A DNA stretch of 64,000 bases from assembly GCA_964187785.1 (NCBI GenBank), contig OZ076409.1, forward strand, positions 78,246,001-78,310,000. The letters run 5' to 3'. The DNA comes from Amphiscolops sp. MND2022 (Eukaryota). The notes beneath the pieces were generated by a model. It had not been told where the DNA came from. It ran no database searches and saw nothing but the letters and a program-made list of their open reading frames with translations. Each line of letters opens with the position of its first letter. Positions within the stretch are counted from its first letter, which is position 1. A program made the translations under genes and the position numbers. This document shows, piece by piece, positions 12,401 through 24,801 of this stretch.

Positions 12401-13192
12401 AGAGCCGAGCATCTCTTGCAATATTCCCACAATAAGTGAGTACAGTACCAAGCTGTCTTTTTCGCGTATATTTCACAACTTCATAACGGCTATTTTATTT
12501 TGTTATCATGTCCTGGATCATGTCCAAATGATGAATTCTATTTCAGCAACTGCTGAAGATGATGTGCTGCGGAAGCTGTATAAATTCCGAGAATTGGTAC
12601 TGGATAGACTCTTTCTCAGCGAAGCAGAAGTTGAGCGGGTCTTTTCGGCACATATGAACATTCATACTAAGATCAGAAGCTCACTCTCGCCGGATATTGT
12701 GGAGAAGGTCCTGTACGTTCGTTATATTTACTCAAAGCAGAGCCGAGCATCTCTTGCAATATTCCCACAATAAGTGAGTACAGTACCAAGCTGTCTTTTT
12801 CGCGTATATTTCACAACTTCATAACGGCTATTTTATTTTGTTATCATGTCCTGGATCATGTCCAAATGATGAATTCTATTTCAGCAACTGCTGAAGATGA
12901 TGTGCTGCGGAAGCTGTATAAATTCTGAGAATTGGTACTGGATAGACTCTTTCTCAGCGAAGCAGAAGTTGAGCGGGTCTTTTCGGCACATATGAACATT
13001 CATACGAAGATCATAAGCTCACTCTCGCCGGATATTGTGGAGAAGGTCCTGTACGTTCGTTATAATGGTCGAAACTTCGACATGTGTCCACAACAAACGA
13101 ACCTTACTGTAGACAAGCAGCAGAGGACGTGGAGGAATTGGAGCAACCTGTACAGGTTTCAGATTTCGAGGAGGAAGAGATGTTGTAACTGA
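9482..13192 (+). pseudogene. hAT transposase, fragmented
   Basis: N-terminal CKQPDC (BED-like), LPFSFFD, SLAIDGWAN (first catalytic Asp motif), SEAEVERVFS..IHTKIRSSLSPD (hAT C-terminal dimerisation motif); frameshifts and stops. Confidence 0.9.
10306..13063 (+). repeat. Near-perfect tandem array: six 255-bp and three 338-bp chimeric units plus a final transposase-only copy
   Basis: CCTGGATCATGTCC starts at 10306, 10561, 10816, 11071, 11326, 11581, 11919, 12174, 12512 and 12850. Confidence 0.97.
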
Positions 13193-13659
13193 GTTTGTTA
13201 TTTGCAAAAACAAATTTAATTTGTTTTGCTTTTGACAATTTAATTTTGATTATTACACTAAATGTTTTGGTCCGTGCCCTCGGCCCGCAGTCCGCACCAC
13301 GTGGTCCGCAGTCCGCGTTTTTGCTGCGGACCGATCCTATGTCCACCCTAGCGTATCACGAATCAAACCCCTATAATTTGCAGCAAGTGTTTTACATCTT
13401 CGTCAAAAAGTGAGTAAAGTCCATTGCAAAAATTCCGTAAATTTGAAATTTCTATGAAAATAGATAACAAAAAAATAATAAGAAATAAATGAAAAAGAAA
13501 ATGATAACAAAGGCAAAATTCATCATCATTTGCTCCCAGCTTGTTCAGTTTTCTAGAATTTCCGTAATCGCTGACTTTACATAGATCGGGAAAATTGAGC
13601 AAAGGTTTAATTGAATAGAGATTTACTGAAAAGAATCAAGTAGTATGCTGTTGTTTGAG

Positions 13660-13817
13660 CCTACTGCATTCTGCCTCTGCTGTTGATATTTTACGAGTAC
13701 AAAGCAGCTTACTTGTTGTTTTTCGTGGTCCTGTCCCTAGCTGGAGTCATTTACTTCGGTCAAGACATGATGCTTTTCCATGCCGACTATCCTCCCAACT
13801 CACGACTTTTCGTCAAG
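13660..13817 (+). CDS. ABHD13: ABHD13-like exon 2 (hydrophobic anchor region)
   Basis: YCILPLLLIFY..LAGVIYFGQDMMLFHADYPPNSRLFVK resembles the ABHD13 AGILYKFQDVLLYFP..SSRLYV segment; AG/GT bounded. Confidence 0.8.
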
Positions 13818-14371
13818 GTTCGCTTTTCTTTAGCTAATGGGGCTCCTTTTCTTTTCAATTTGCCCAACTCGTTGCCAAAGCAGAATTTCAACTTTAAAAG
13901 AGAACCTTCAAGGATATCTTCTAATAGTTCCTGAGACATTCCTTTTATGGAAACTTCCAAAGCCCCTCACATACAAAAAAGTCTGTGAAAAAATTGATGT
14001 TCCTATCTGCTACTAAATTATAACAACTTTTCAACTTTTCGCATATTGTTAACAGTCGGAAAAAATTTCCGACCACTTATGCACTCGTACCTTTTTTTCT
14101 TCGAGCTTCCAATGATAATTTCAAATTTCTCAAAAACTGTTCATACAATTCGAACGAAATTTTTTCATAGTCTTTCTACACCATATTACGGTCCTATGTG
14201 TGCAATGACATCAAAATTGTATTACCGACTCCTTTACCGGCTCCTTTACCGCATATGCGGCTCTGGTTTCAATTTTCAAATCACATTTTTGAATGATGTA
14301 AATGAAATATTGTATGGATTCATGTGACGACAGTTAAATAGTATAAGTTAGGAGTGTCTTAGGAGGATCAC

Positions 14372-14900
14372 GTAAATAACTTCTAAATAAATAAGTTCTA
14401 AAATTATATTAGTAAATAACTTCTAAATAAATAAGTTCTAAAATTATATTAGTAAATAACTTCTAAAATGCATTTGCGTCTGGTAACTTCTGAAATCATT
14501 CTAGTAAAGATTGCTATTCATTCTTCCGAAAATAAATTAACCGTTCCATTATTCCGAAAATAAACTTACCGTTCTATTATTCCGAAAACTGTTATTTGAA
14601 AAGATTAGCATATTTGTTGTATGGCTCGGTCGCTTCGCTCCCTTCGCCAAGTAGCAACATTGAGGCATGGCCATATGGCACGTCGCTCCGCTTCGCTTCG
14701 CTCCTGCATTTAGGGCACTAGGGGTATGTGAACATAGCTAACGACGTTATAGAAATAATTACGTCAAAATAGCTGTTTGGAAGTTATTTACTAGATGCCA
14801 TTGCAATTTAGAAGTTATTTACTAAAATAATTTTAGAACTTATTTATTTAGAAGTTGTTTACTATATTAATTAGAAGTTATTTATTTAGAAGTTATTTAC
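14372..14900. mobile_element. Foldback/MITE-like element with long AT-rich repetitive inverted arms
   Basis: GTAAATAACTTCTAAATAAATAAGTTCTAAAATT repeats on the left are mirrored by AATTTTAGAACTTATTTATTTAGAAGTT..GTTATTTAC on the right; TSD not resolved. Confidence 0.6.
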
Positions 14901-15320
14901 TTCCCCCTTTTAGGAATTGTTCAAGGTGTTCGTTGGGTAATAATTTAGTGTCGAAGGAAAAACGATTCATTAAAGAATTTTTTAAGCTGCTTCCGTTCTC
15001 CAACGAATTTAGATGTCAACACTTCGATAGCCTCCGAGCACTTTTATATGTTCATAAGGGATAATTTTAGAGCAACTAAAAGATGGAATTTATGTTAAAT
15101 TAAAAGGTAACTAGAAAAACACTACTGTAAATAACTGTGTATATTCAGGTAGCCTTGTTACAATGGTATAATTATATCAATATAACAACGCTACCTAAAT
15201 AAAAACAGCTATTTAGTTTTTTCTAGTTAACTTTTAATTAACCTATGCTAGAAATCAGAACACACTACAAATTCATCCTCTAAACATAGTTTCACTTCCA
15301 TAATATTTAATTGATTTCAG

Positions 15321-15453
15321 GGGAAGGAAGGACAATCAAAACTTCCTCCGGGAGGTTTAGAATCGGTTTCATTCCTCACAGAAGACCTCATTATCCTGCA
15401 TGCATATTTACTCAAAGCAGAGCCGAGCATCTCGTGCAATATTCCCACAATAA
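15321..15453 (+). CDS. ABHD13: ABHD13-like exon 3
   Basis: TTTCAG acceptor; ESVSFLTEDLIILHAYLLKAEPSISCNIPTI; GTGAGT donor; phase-compatible with both neighbours. Confidence 0.88.
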
Positions 15454-15710
15454 GTGAGTACAGTACCAAGCTGTCTTTTTCGCGTATATTTCACAACTTA
15501 ATAACGGCTATTTTATTTTGTTATCGAGATAAACATCGAGTAAATGAGATCTGTGAAACTGAACTTCCTGAAGTTTCGTTTATACTTGGTTAAAATTTTT
15601 AAGTTTGAGAACATTCAAGGACGAATCGTTCCCTCAATTTCAAGACTTGCTTGGTTAAAATACTACTGTATGATGTTAATTCTATCTGGCTGTTGAATGA
15701 GAATAATGAG

Positions 15711-16147
15711 AATAAGTCGTCACCATACCTGAGGCCCAAAAATAGCCCAAGGACTTCAAAGTGTCAAGTATTCTCTTTTATACTACCCCAAAAACTCAAA
15801 AATGGATCGAACGGGCGCGCTAAAAGGGGTGACCCTTTGGGATGTTTTGGCATCCTTTGTTGCAAAGTATCAAAAAAATTGAAGGTGGAACTTTGTGGAG
15901 ACAATGAAAAATTTTCAAAAAAGTCTCAACGTCCCGAAAAAAATGAAAGGGGGACCCTTTAGTCACGTCCGGTTTTGTATGTTACGCTAAAAAAGGAACA
16001 ACTCTTATAGAGTTCCATGGGCATAATGGTAATTTGGCGCCTTAAAATTTTGTAGAACTATTTTCGTCAGTTCCGAACAGATCGTGTGAATTGAAAAAAG
16101 AGTCACTATTATAGTCGCGTTCCACTTCATGAAGCGCTGACTAAAAA
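15711..16147 (-). mobile_element. Helentron-type non-autonomous element (HINE-like), degenerate
   Basis: Reverse complement of the family end (GCGCTGACTAAAAA) and GGGGACCCTTT internal repeats. Confidence 0.55.
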
Positions 16148-16245
16148 TAGCTATAAAGGATTGCAATGTTTTTGAGGTTTGACCCAAAATTAATCGAATA
16201 TACCGCCACGAATATACCAATTCTTAGTCATAACAAATTGGCCTA

Positions 16246-16882
16246 TTTTTAGTCGGCGCTTTTCCATTAAGGGAAAAATGCCCGACTATAGCAGTGACTG
16301 TTTTTTTTCTTCAGACTACAATCCTCACACTGATCGGTTCACTTTTTAGAAACAATCCTGAAACCATCTAAGGCGCCCAATCCGGCAAACGGGCCAAGGC
16401 AAACTTAGTGCAAAGGGTCCCCCCTTTCATATTTTACTTTTTCAAGGTAACCTACAAAACCGGACGGGACTAAAGAGTCCCCCCTTTCGATTTTTTCCCG
16501 TTTTTTTGGCACTGTGCGACTTTTTTTTCGCAATTTTTTTGTCTACAAAGGGTCCCCCCTTTCATTTTCTACTTTTTTTAACGTAACCTACAAAACCGGC
16601 CGAGGCTAAAGGGTCCCCCTTTTGATTATTTTCGGCACTGAGCGACTTTTTTCGAAATTTTTTTATGTCCTCAAAGGGTCCCCCTTTGAGTTTTTTGTTA
16701 TTTTGCAACAGAATGCATGTTTGGAAATCAAAAAGGGTCCCCTCTTTTACATTTTTCGGCACTGTGCGACATTTTCCGAAAGAAAAGGTTTTTCGAAAAT
16801 TTCAAGTTTTTTTCCAAAAAAAAATGTTTTGCGCTTTTTGAGCCTAAGATATAGCGCCGACTTTAGACGTTCCCGACTTCTT
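16246..16882 (+). mobile_element. HINE-like element
   Basis: 5' TTTTTAGTCGGCGC; 3' GCGCCGACT sub-terminal inverted copy followed by a short hairpin and CTTCTT; AAAGGGTCCCCC repeats. Confidence 0.7.
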
Positions 16883-16984
16883 GAAGCTTAACAAAAGGAC
16901 CTGATTATCTACGGAGACACACCTATACTTCCCTACGCGCAGAAGCGAAGTGGAGCCACATGCAATTACCTGACTAGCAGCTGG

Positions 16985-17370
16985 TTTTTGCCGTTTTACG
17001 CAATAAATTGGCCATTTTGCTATGCTTACAAAATTGGCGATTTTGTTACGTTTCGAAGAAGACCGTTTTGTTTTACTTTAGAATCGACCATTTGTTACTA
17101 TTTCAAACTCGGCCATTCTTTTACTTTTTCAAAAATGGCCATTTTGTTACGTTTTCAAAATCAGCCTTTTTATGTTTTCAAAAACGGCCACTTTGTTACA
17201 ATTTCAAACAAAATCTATCCTTATGTTACTTTTCAAAGTTGGCCATTCTGTTAAATTTTCAAAATTGGCCATTTTACTACGTTCTCAAAGTCAGCCATTT
17301 TATGTTTTCAAAATCAGCCATTTTGTTACATTTTAGAAATCAATTTTGTTGAAAATTGACCATTTCGTGG
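16985..17370. repeat. Degenerate ~24-bp minisatellite (AAAATYGGCCATTTTGTTACGTTTTC)
   Basis: Motif recurs about 15 times by eye. Confidence 0.8.
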
Positions 17371-18162
17371 TGCAAGTGAATCACCTTTTCAATGTCATGT
17401 GTTAGCACCACCTGACACTAGTGTACAGTGGTTTGATAAAAGAAACTTCTATTTGATTAACCCTAAATGGATCATGGTACGATTTCATACCAGTTAGTTT
17501 CTGCAAACTTCTCAACGCACCAGCTGACCGTATGGTAAAAAAGCTCTTGAATAAGATTTTCAGACGCCATTATATAGCATTGCACGCCTTTTCACGGAAC
17601 ATTGACCTGATGTCTCCAAAAAGAAGAAAACGGAACCGAAAAATCAAAAATATGAGCGCAGAATTTCCGTTTTTCCAGTTTTCGTTCATGGCCACTTTAT
17701 CCCACTCGTATCAAGATTGGGTCAAAGTGGACCTAGCATGTTTTCAAACACGCTGAAATGCAAGCAGAGACATGGGGTGTACGAAAATTTGTCGCAAAGT
17801 CCGGAGTCAGTGTGGCGAAGCTCAGCCCAGCAGTTCAGAAAGCGAGGTTATCTTCTTTCGAACGCGCTATAAATCGTTTGTCGGACTGAAACAGTTTAGA
17901 TATTGTGGTTTAAAGTTTAAGCACCAGATTTTTGGATGAATCCGGAAATTTTCTTGTCAATTTTGTGATCAAATGTTTGTAACCCTCCATTTTCTGCCAA
18001 TATCTTTGAATCTGTGATTTATTGAGTTTATTGCTCTTGATAAAAATGTTTATTTCTCAAATTCGCGTTAATTTGAAGCTTCTGTCTTGAATAACACAGA
18101 CACTAGTAAATAACACCTCTGTATGTGTAAAGGCTGAAATTTTATTCGCGATATCATTTTGA

Positions 18163-18796
18163 TTTTTAGTCAGCGCTTCATGAAGTGAAACGCGACTATT
18201 ATAGTGACTTTTTTTTTCAATCCGCACGAACTGACCAAAATGAATCTTAGAAGTTCTAAAATAATTTCTGGTGCTAAATTGAATAATTTGACCTAGCGAA
18301 CTGAACCAAAAAGGTTTTTCCTGTTTTTCCGCGTAACATAATGTACCGGGAGAGACTAAACGGTCCACCCTTTCAGTTTTTCCGGCATTGTGAGATTTTT
18401 TCGGGAAAAAAATTCCCCAAAGTGTCCCTTCCAATTTTGTGATGTTTTGCAACAGAATGGATGTTGAAAAATCCCAAAGAATCCTCCTTTCATTTTGTTT
18501 TCAGCATTGTGAGACTTTTTTCGGAAATTTTTTTTCACTAAATTTTTTTCACCCTTCAATTTTCTGATGTTTTGCAACAATGGATGGATGTTAAAAAATT
18601 CGAAAGGGTCCCCCCTTTTAGCGCGCCAAGGGCCCGCGTTAGCGGGGACCTGGCGCGCCAGTTCGTCGTTTGGGATTTTTGTGAGTTTGATACTCTTTTT
18701 GTGAGTTTGATTCTTTGAGTTTTTTGAGACTTTCATGTCGTTTTGCTATTTTTGAGCCTTAGATATGGCGCCGACTTATACCGTTCCCGGCTTGTT
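18163..18796 (+). mobile_element. HINE-like element
   Basis: TTTTTAGTCAGCGC ... GCGCCGACTTATACCGTTCCCGGCTTGTT. Confidence 0.7.
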
Positions 18797-19320
18797 TTGT
18801 TTATCAGAAACAACTTTGAGTTTCCATTTTTCTGAACTAATCAATCTTTACTGATTGAACTGTCAAGCTGCAATGTGTTCAAGCAAATCATAATTTTCTA
18901 CTGAAACTATTAGCATTGGGTATAAAACTGAACCTCGGAGGTTATTGATTATCTCTTAACGTGTAAACATTCGGGAACACAAAATTTGCAAGTGTAATTA
19001 GTCAATGATGGACATCTTGAACAAAAAACGAACCAATTAATGATTAGTTCCTGCTCCTAATTCAGGCTTTAGGAAAGATTTTTCAACAAATTACACGTAA
19101 AATTTACAATTTCCAAACTCAAAGAATGTAACCTTAACAAAAGTCCGAGAAACAAGTTCACAATTCATAAGAAAATTCACAAGCTCTTCAGGGCTTCCTT
19201 ATTCTGTCAACAAACGGAAGCTGAGCCCTTTCATTCAAAACAACATAAGCTTTGTAATGATGCAATTCAGCATTTTTCTATCAAAATTTGGTAGTTTTCA
19301 TGTCATATTTTCCGTTTCAG

Positions 19321-19500
19321 TAAATTTTCATGGCAATGCAGGCAACATCGGCCATCGGATCCCGAATGCAGTCGAGATGGTGACTAAGCTGGGGTGCAAT
19401 GTCTTGTTGGTGGAGTACAGAGGATTCGGAAAGAGCACAGGAACGCCCTCTGAGAGTGGTCTCTACCTCGATGCCAAAGCCGCTATCAATTTTGTGAAAG
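19321..19500 (+). CDS. ABHD13: ABHD13-like exon 4
   Basis: NFHGNAGNIGHRIPNA..LLVEYRGFGKSTGTPSESGLYLDA, characteristic of ABHD13; AG/GT bounded. Confidence 0.95.
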
Positions 19501-20148
19501 GTGGTCAATATTCGTCTACGATCGTTTTCCTCATTTTTCTTCAGATGTGAAACTTTTTTGTACGTTGTTTTGTTTGATAGTTTGTTTACTTTGCGCGGGA
19601 TGATTTTACCACGTTCAAGGTTTCTCCTCCGTATTTTCTCAGGAAATAAGATCTACTAATAACGAGTGTTACACAAATATCGACCGACCCGATTATATAA
19701 GTCGAGCAAGATAAATACATTTGACAAACGAGAATTTTTCATTCGTTTGCGTTTTTTTTTTCTGAAAAACAATCAGGTAGGAAATATCAAATAAATTCTC
19801 CGGACGTTTAACAGAAACTCCTCACTACAATAAATATATTAGAAAAATTTTGAAAAAACGCAAAGAAATGCGCAAATAAAACTCACAACTTCAAGCCTGG
19901 AAGAAAAATAGTCTGATCATTTAAACTTTTCGAATTCGAACTTCATGACTTGGAATAGATATCGTCTTATGTGAATGAAATCTGTCATTTATGTGACTGA
20001 CAGTACAAACGTGCTGGATTTGTTTTATTAGGTGATGAGAAATGAGGAAATTGACGTTTCACTGGTCATTAAAGACTAACTGGTTTTCAGTTCTATGGTC
20101 AGAGACAAGAAGAGTTGTAAGGCTCATTCTATATCCAAACTGATTGTC

Positions 20149-20637
20149 TTTTTAGTCGGCGCTTTTCTTAAGAAAAGAGCCCGACTATTACAGTCACTCG
20201 TTTTTTTTTCTTTTTTTATTTAAGACAGACTCGAAGCGACGAACGTTAAAATTAACGTTCAACTACTAAATACAGTACTAAACTACTGGACCGGTAAAGG
20301 CAAACGGGGAGCGCATTCATTTACTTTTTAAACGTTACCTACAAGCCCGGACGAGACTCAAGTTCCCCCCCCCCTTTCGATTTTTTTTCGGCACTGTGAG
20401 ACTTTTTTCGAAATTTTTTTAATGTCCCCAAAGGGTCCCCCCTTTGAGTTTTTTGTTATTTTGCTACAGAATGCGTGTTTATAAATCAAAAAGGGTCCCC
20501 CTTTTACATTTTTCGGCACTGTGCGGCATTTTCCGAAAGATTTTTTTTCGAAAATTTCAAGTTTTTTTTCCAAAAAATATGTTTTGCGCTTTTTGAGCCT
20601 TAGATATAGCGCCGACTTGAGACGTTCCCGTCTTGTT
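20149..20637 (+). mobile_element. HINE-like element
   Basis: TTTTTAGTCGGCGC ... GCGCCGACTTGAGACGTTCCCGTCTTGTT. Confidence 0.72.
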
Positions 20638-20747
20638 AAGTTTGTATACTAAATGGGTTAACTAATGACTTTCAATTAAAATAACTTCTTATTCGGCAAT
20701 GAAATGAAATACAAAGCAGAAACAGAAATGAAAGACAAGGAAATATA

Positions 20748-21315
20748 AACAAGCCGGGAACGCCAAAGTCGGTGCCATATCTAATGCTCAAAAAGCGCAA
20801 CATTTTTAAAATTTTAAAACGGGACCCTTTGGGCTTTTTGAAACTCCAGTTTGTGACAAAACATGGAAAAATTGAAGGGGGAACCCTTTGGAGACATTAA
20901 AAAATTTTTGGAAAAAAGAAACTTGAGAACTTTGAACAGTATCACAGTGCCGAAAAATGTAAAAGGGGAATCCTTTGGATTTTTTAACATCCACTTTGTT
21001 GCATATTATCGAAACAATTGAAGGGGGCTCTTTGGTGTAATAAAAAAATTCGGAAAAAGTCTCATAGTTCCATAGAAAAAATCTAGTTTAAAAACACCAG
21101 GATAAAGATAGTATGGTGGACCCTTCGTATGTTTTCGAGGTTGTGGACGTCAGTTTTGTTTTTGTTTTGGACGAGGTTCTGACATTTCTAGTATGTTTTG
21201 GATATCAAGTATCAAGTTCAGCTTCAACAAATGAACAAAAAATGGACCTCACGCGTCTAAAAAAACTACCCAATGTAAGAGTCGGGCTCATTTTCCACTA
21301 AAATGCACCGAGTAA
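20748..21315 (-). mobile_element. HINE-like element
   Basis: AACAAGCCGGGAACG..AGTCGGTGC is the reverse complement of the family 3' end. Confidence 0.68.
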
Positions 21316-21615
21316 CAAAAACAGTGGAAAGTAGCGGCATCAAAGTTTTAGGTCCGGCTGACTGACAGAAAATGGTTTGAAAAAAAAATAAATTAAAATT
21401 ATGTTTTACTGCTTAATGATTCCCTTGAATTTGATCTAACGTGTACATCGATGCGCTTAGATTTGACTGGTTGATTCCATAAATGTTACCTATAGATGAA
21501 TCCCAAATGTTAAAATTAATGCAGTATTTCAAAAACCAGAAAGTTACGTTTCATCTTCTCGACAAGGGAGTATCTTCGAAGTGTTTCAAAGCTTTGTTTT
21601 TTTCCGATTTTTCAG

Positions 21616-21817
21616 AAAAAACAGACTTGAATCCAACCAAGGTCATCCTATTCGGCCGCTCGTTAGGAGGAGCCGTTGCGATTCATTCCGCTTTCATGGC
21701 TGGATTCTCTGGACACAGCCAAGATCTGGCAATGCTGGTAGTCGAAAATACCTTCACGCGAATTGCCGACATGGCTGGAGCATTGTTTCATATACCTGGA
21801 TTTAATTGCCTTCCTCG
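21616..21817 (+). CDS. ABHD13: ABHD13-like exon 5 (nucleophile Ser, GRSLGG)
   Basis: KVILFGRSLGGAVAIH..VVENTFTRIADMA; AG/GT bounded, phase 1 to phase 2. Confidence 0.95.
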
Positions 21818-22581
21818 GTTGGTGGAACACGGACTTGAAACTGTATTATGGATCTTTTGATGCTTCTGATAAACAAAAACGATTTAATCGAAGCGCTGCA
21901 ATTGCTAGGGCACTATCGGTCCTAGGAATGAATTATACCTGTAGGTACCTAACGATAGTTATACGATATATTATACCTACGATAGTTATAAACCATCTAG
22001 GTTTAATAATGAATGCATTGCGTGGATTTAGTTTCTAATGATGGGCAGAAACGCGAAGGGTCCAACGAATTGCTGCGATGATTTAGGAAGCCTTTTGCAC
22101 AAAGCACACTGTATGAAAAAAATAAAAGCAGACAAGTTATCCAGCCAATCGTTCGAGTCAGCGGCCGGCATGCTTAAAGCTCAAAGACAGCAAAATTGTT
22201 AGAAAAATTTAGGGTCGTTTACTTTAAGTTTTATCAAATCTGAGAGTTTCAGAAACGGGGGACCTTTGGGCTCCGAAATTGTTTTTCTTCAACAGGAAAC
22301 ATCAAAAACCCAAATTTGTGGAGATTTTTTTCCAATGAATTGCACAGTACCGAAAAATAAAGGGATGACAGTTCAAGCTCGAAAACGTCGCGTTTCAATA
22401 GTTTTGACATTCGTTTCTCAGGAACTGGTACTATAAGCTGAAAAAAACATGCTCTTTCAGATATTTTACACCATTCTCTGCTAACAGTTGAAAACCCTAA
22501 GGTTTCTCAGTTTTTGACTAAATGAAGCTCAAATCATGGTGCAAGCAAAACAATTAGATTACTAACCATGATGGTTTTCAG

Positions 22582-22738
22582 CGTGTTCTACAAGAACAAG
22601 TTTGCGAGTTGTGAGAAGATTGGTCAGGTGCACATGCCCTCGCTGTTCATCAGTGGCCAAGCAGACCAACTTGTGCCACCTCACATGATGGCCTCTCTCT
22701 TCAGCAAGTGTCCAGCCAGCAAGAAACGCCTCCTGAAA
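22582..22738 (+). CDS. ABHD13: ABHD13-like exon 6 (catalytic Asp)
   Basis: YKNKF..MPSLFISGQADQLVPPHMM..KKRLLK; TTTTCAG acceptor, GTAAGC donor. Confidence 0.95.
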
Positions 22739-22874
22739 GTAAGCTACTAAGAGCATGGCTGAACAGAGTGCTGCTGGTGCAATGTTCTTTCAGCTCCAAG
22801 CAATGCATGTGAAACCTTTTTGTGATTCAAAGTGATTCTGTCAAGACCATGTCTATGAAACGGATATAATATAC

Positions 22875-24801
22875 TGTCGCAGGCTGCCGCCTGTGATGGT
22901 ACAAGGATCACTACTACCGCAGAAGGACAGGAAATAGCGGCCGGAACTCTACCAATATATTAGAGGTAAACATTAAAAACACAAACTTTGCTATTATTTT
23001 TTAGTCTACAAGTTGTACCTGTTATCGTTGCGAATTTTACACATAGTATAAAGTTTGTTGATATTAGTCCGTTAATGCCAACATTTGAAAATTCAGATGC
23101 TGTATTGATAATTTTAAAAGCTAGAAGTGCAGTATTAACACGCTGTTATAGCAATAGATAGGCAGCTAGAAAGCGTAAAGGAAACGAGTTCAAGTGAACG
23201 TAACTCCAATTCCGGAGACGTCACTTGAGCTCAACCTGTTAGCCAATCATATTCATCCATTTGAGTAATAGTAGTGCTGTATTTAATTAATGGCCGGTTT
23301 AGGCCATATGCCGGAATTTCACCTTTATCTATTGGCGCTTTAGTCAAACGGCCGGTTCCGGCCTTAATGTTCAGATGAAAGAATATTAATGCGAGCACTG
23401 TTGTGTTTCGTTTAATAGTAGTCTAATCACGTTGCTGTACTAATTAAACGTTCATTTTAGCTAATTGGCGTTTTATTTTATCCATTCCAATATTAGGCCG
23501 AATAAGGCCATTTGCCTGACTTCTATCCTCTGTTGCTGTGACCAATTGGACAGTGGCCGGTTGAGGCCCCTTTTCAATACTATTATTCAGATGCTAATTA
23601 CAATCATTTAGTATACTTTAAATGTCATGTATAATTACAAGTACGTCGTAAAGACTCATTTACCTTTTGAAATTAATTGGTGTAATCAATACCAATGTAA
23701 GATGTTGCTACCAATATTAGTCCAAAGGACATGTCTGACCATATTTACTAGTTGACACGTGGAATCTGTGTGCATATTATATAAAGGAAAATATGTGTTG
23801 TTACATGTAACATTGCTGTATACAAGTTGATCTAGCCTGCTAACGGGGCACGTGCCGACACGAGATTGTCAGCATTCCTGAAGTATTAGCGGCGTAAACA
23901 TTTTAATCGATGCTATTTGATGTACCGTGTGCCTTTTGAATACTTGTTATAGTTGTCAAAACAGGAATTTGATCGGCCGCGTGACCTTACGATCACGATT
24001 CGGCGGCACTTTGATGCTTGCATAGTCGAGTTAAGTCAGGTGCTTTCGGAATGTGTTTGTAACATTTTTTGGCTGTTTGCGTCATGTTTATCCCGCCCAA
24101 GGAAGTATATATAGGGGCAACTTCCTTTGGGTGGACACAATTTTGTTTTGGGTGGACACAACAATCTCGTTAACAATCATCAATTCTGTTTTCCGGTTTT
24201 AATAGTTTAACTATTTAACCCGGTTTAGTCTTAATGCCTACTACTAGAAAACAAAAGAAGGCAAGGAAATCTAGAGGATTAGAGATTCCCTCTGACATTG
24301 AAAACCTTGACATAATGTTAGGTGAAAATCACTTCAATGACATGAGGAGAGACGAAAGCCTCGATGGAACTTCCATTAGAAGGCAGGAAAGTGTTACAAG
24401 CAATAACTTAGAAAATGAGGAAATGAATCTCCATTCTGATCATAGAAATCCCGAAACTGGGACTAGTGCCGGTTACGACCGAACCACAGCGAGTATAGAT
24501 TCTCAAGCTGAGATCAATAAGTTATCGTGTGAACTAAACTCTAGAATATCTAGGGAGATGGATGAGATGATGAACAGCGTTAGTTCTCAAATCCAGAGAG
24601 CCATAAGTGATGCCATCAATAACCAAGTTTTGCCACAAATTCAAAACGTTATTATGGCTGGTTCAGGACAAGAGACTAGAAGGGGATGGGAGAGATCCGA
24701 CGAGAGACCGGAAAGTTATTCCGAAGTTCAGTATAACGCGAAAACTAGAACTACCCTCAATAATGAACACGGTGATAGAATACATCGTAATGTTCATGAC
24801 A
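22875..24801 (+). repeat. 5' LTR (1927 bp)
   Basis: Near-identical to 37259-39197 (about 15 substitutions by eye plus one 14-for-26-bp replacement); TATA-like TATATATAG at ~24106. Confidence 0.96.

Larger units (their letters stand above)
9331..13351 (+). mobile_element. hAT DNA transposon (defective) with internal tandem array
   Basis: 12-bp TIRs CTAGGGTGGACA / TGTCCACCCTAG; perfect 8-bp TSD CGTATCAC (9323-9330, 13352-13359); subterminal GGTCCGC repeats. Confidence 0.95.

Noticed and set aside
10306..13063. CRISPR array, or a set of real 62-144 aa genes
   Set aside because: Units are 255/338 bp with no unique spacers; the repeated ORFs are by-products of the tandem array.
15651..21301. F/K-rich ORFs in the ORF track
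   Set aside because: They arise from A/T runs in HINE-like and minisatellite repeats (only 19321-19500 is a true exon).
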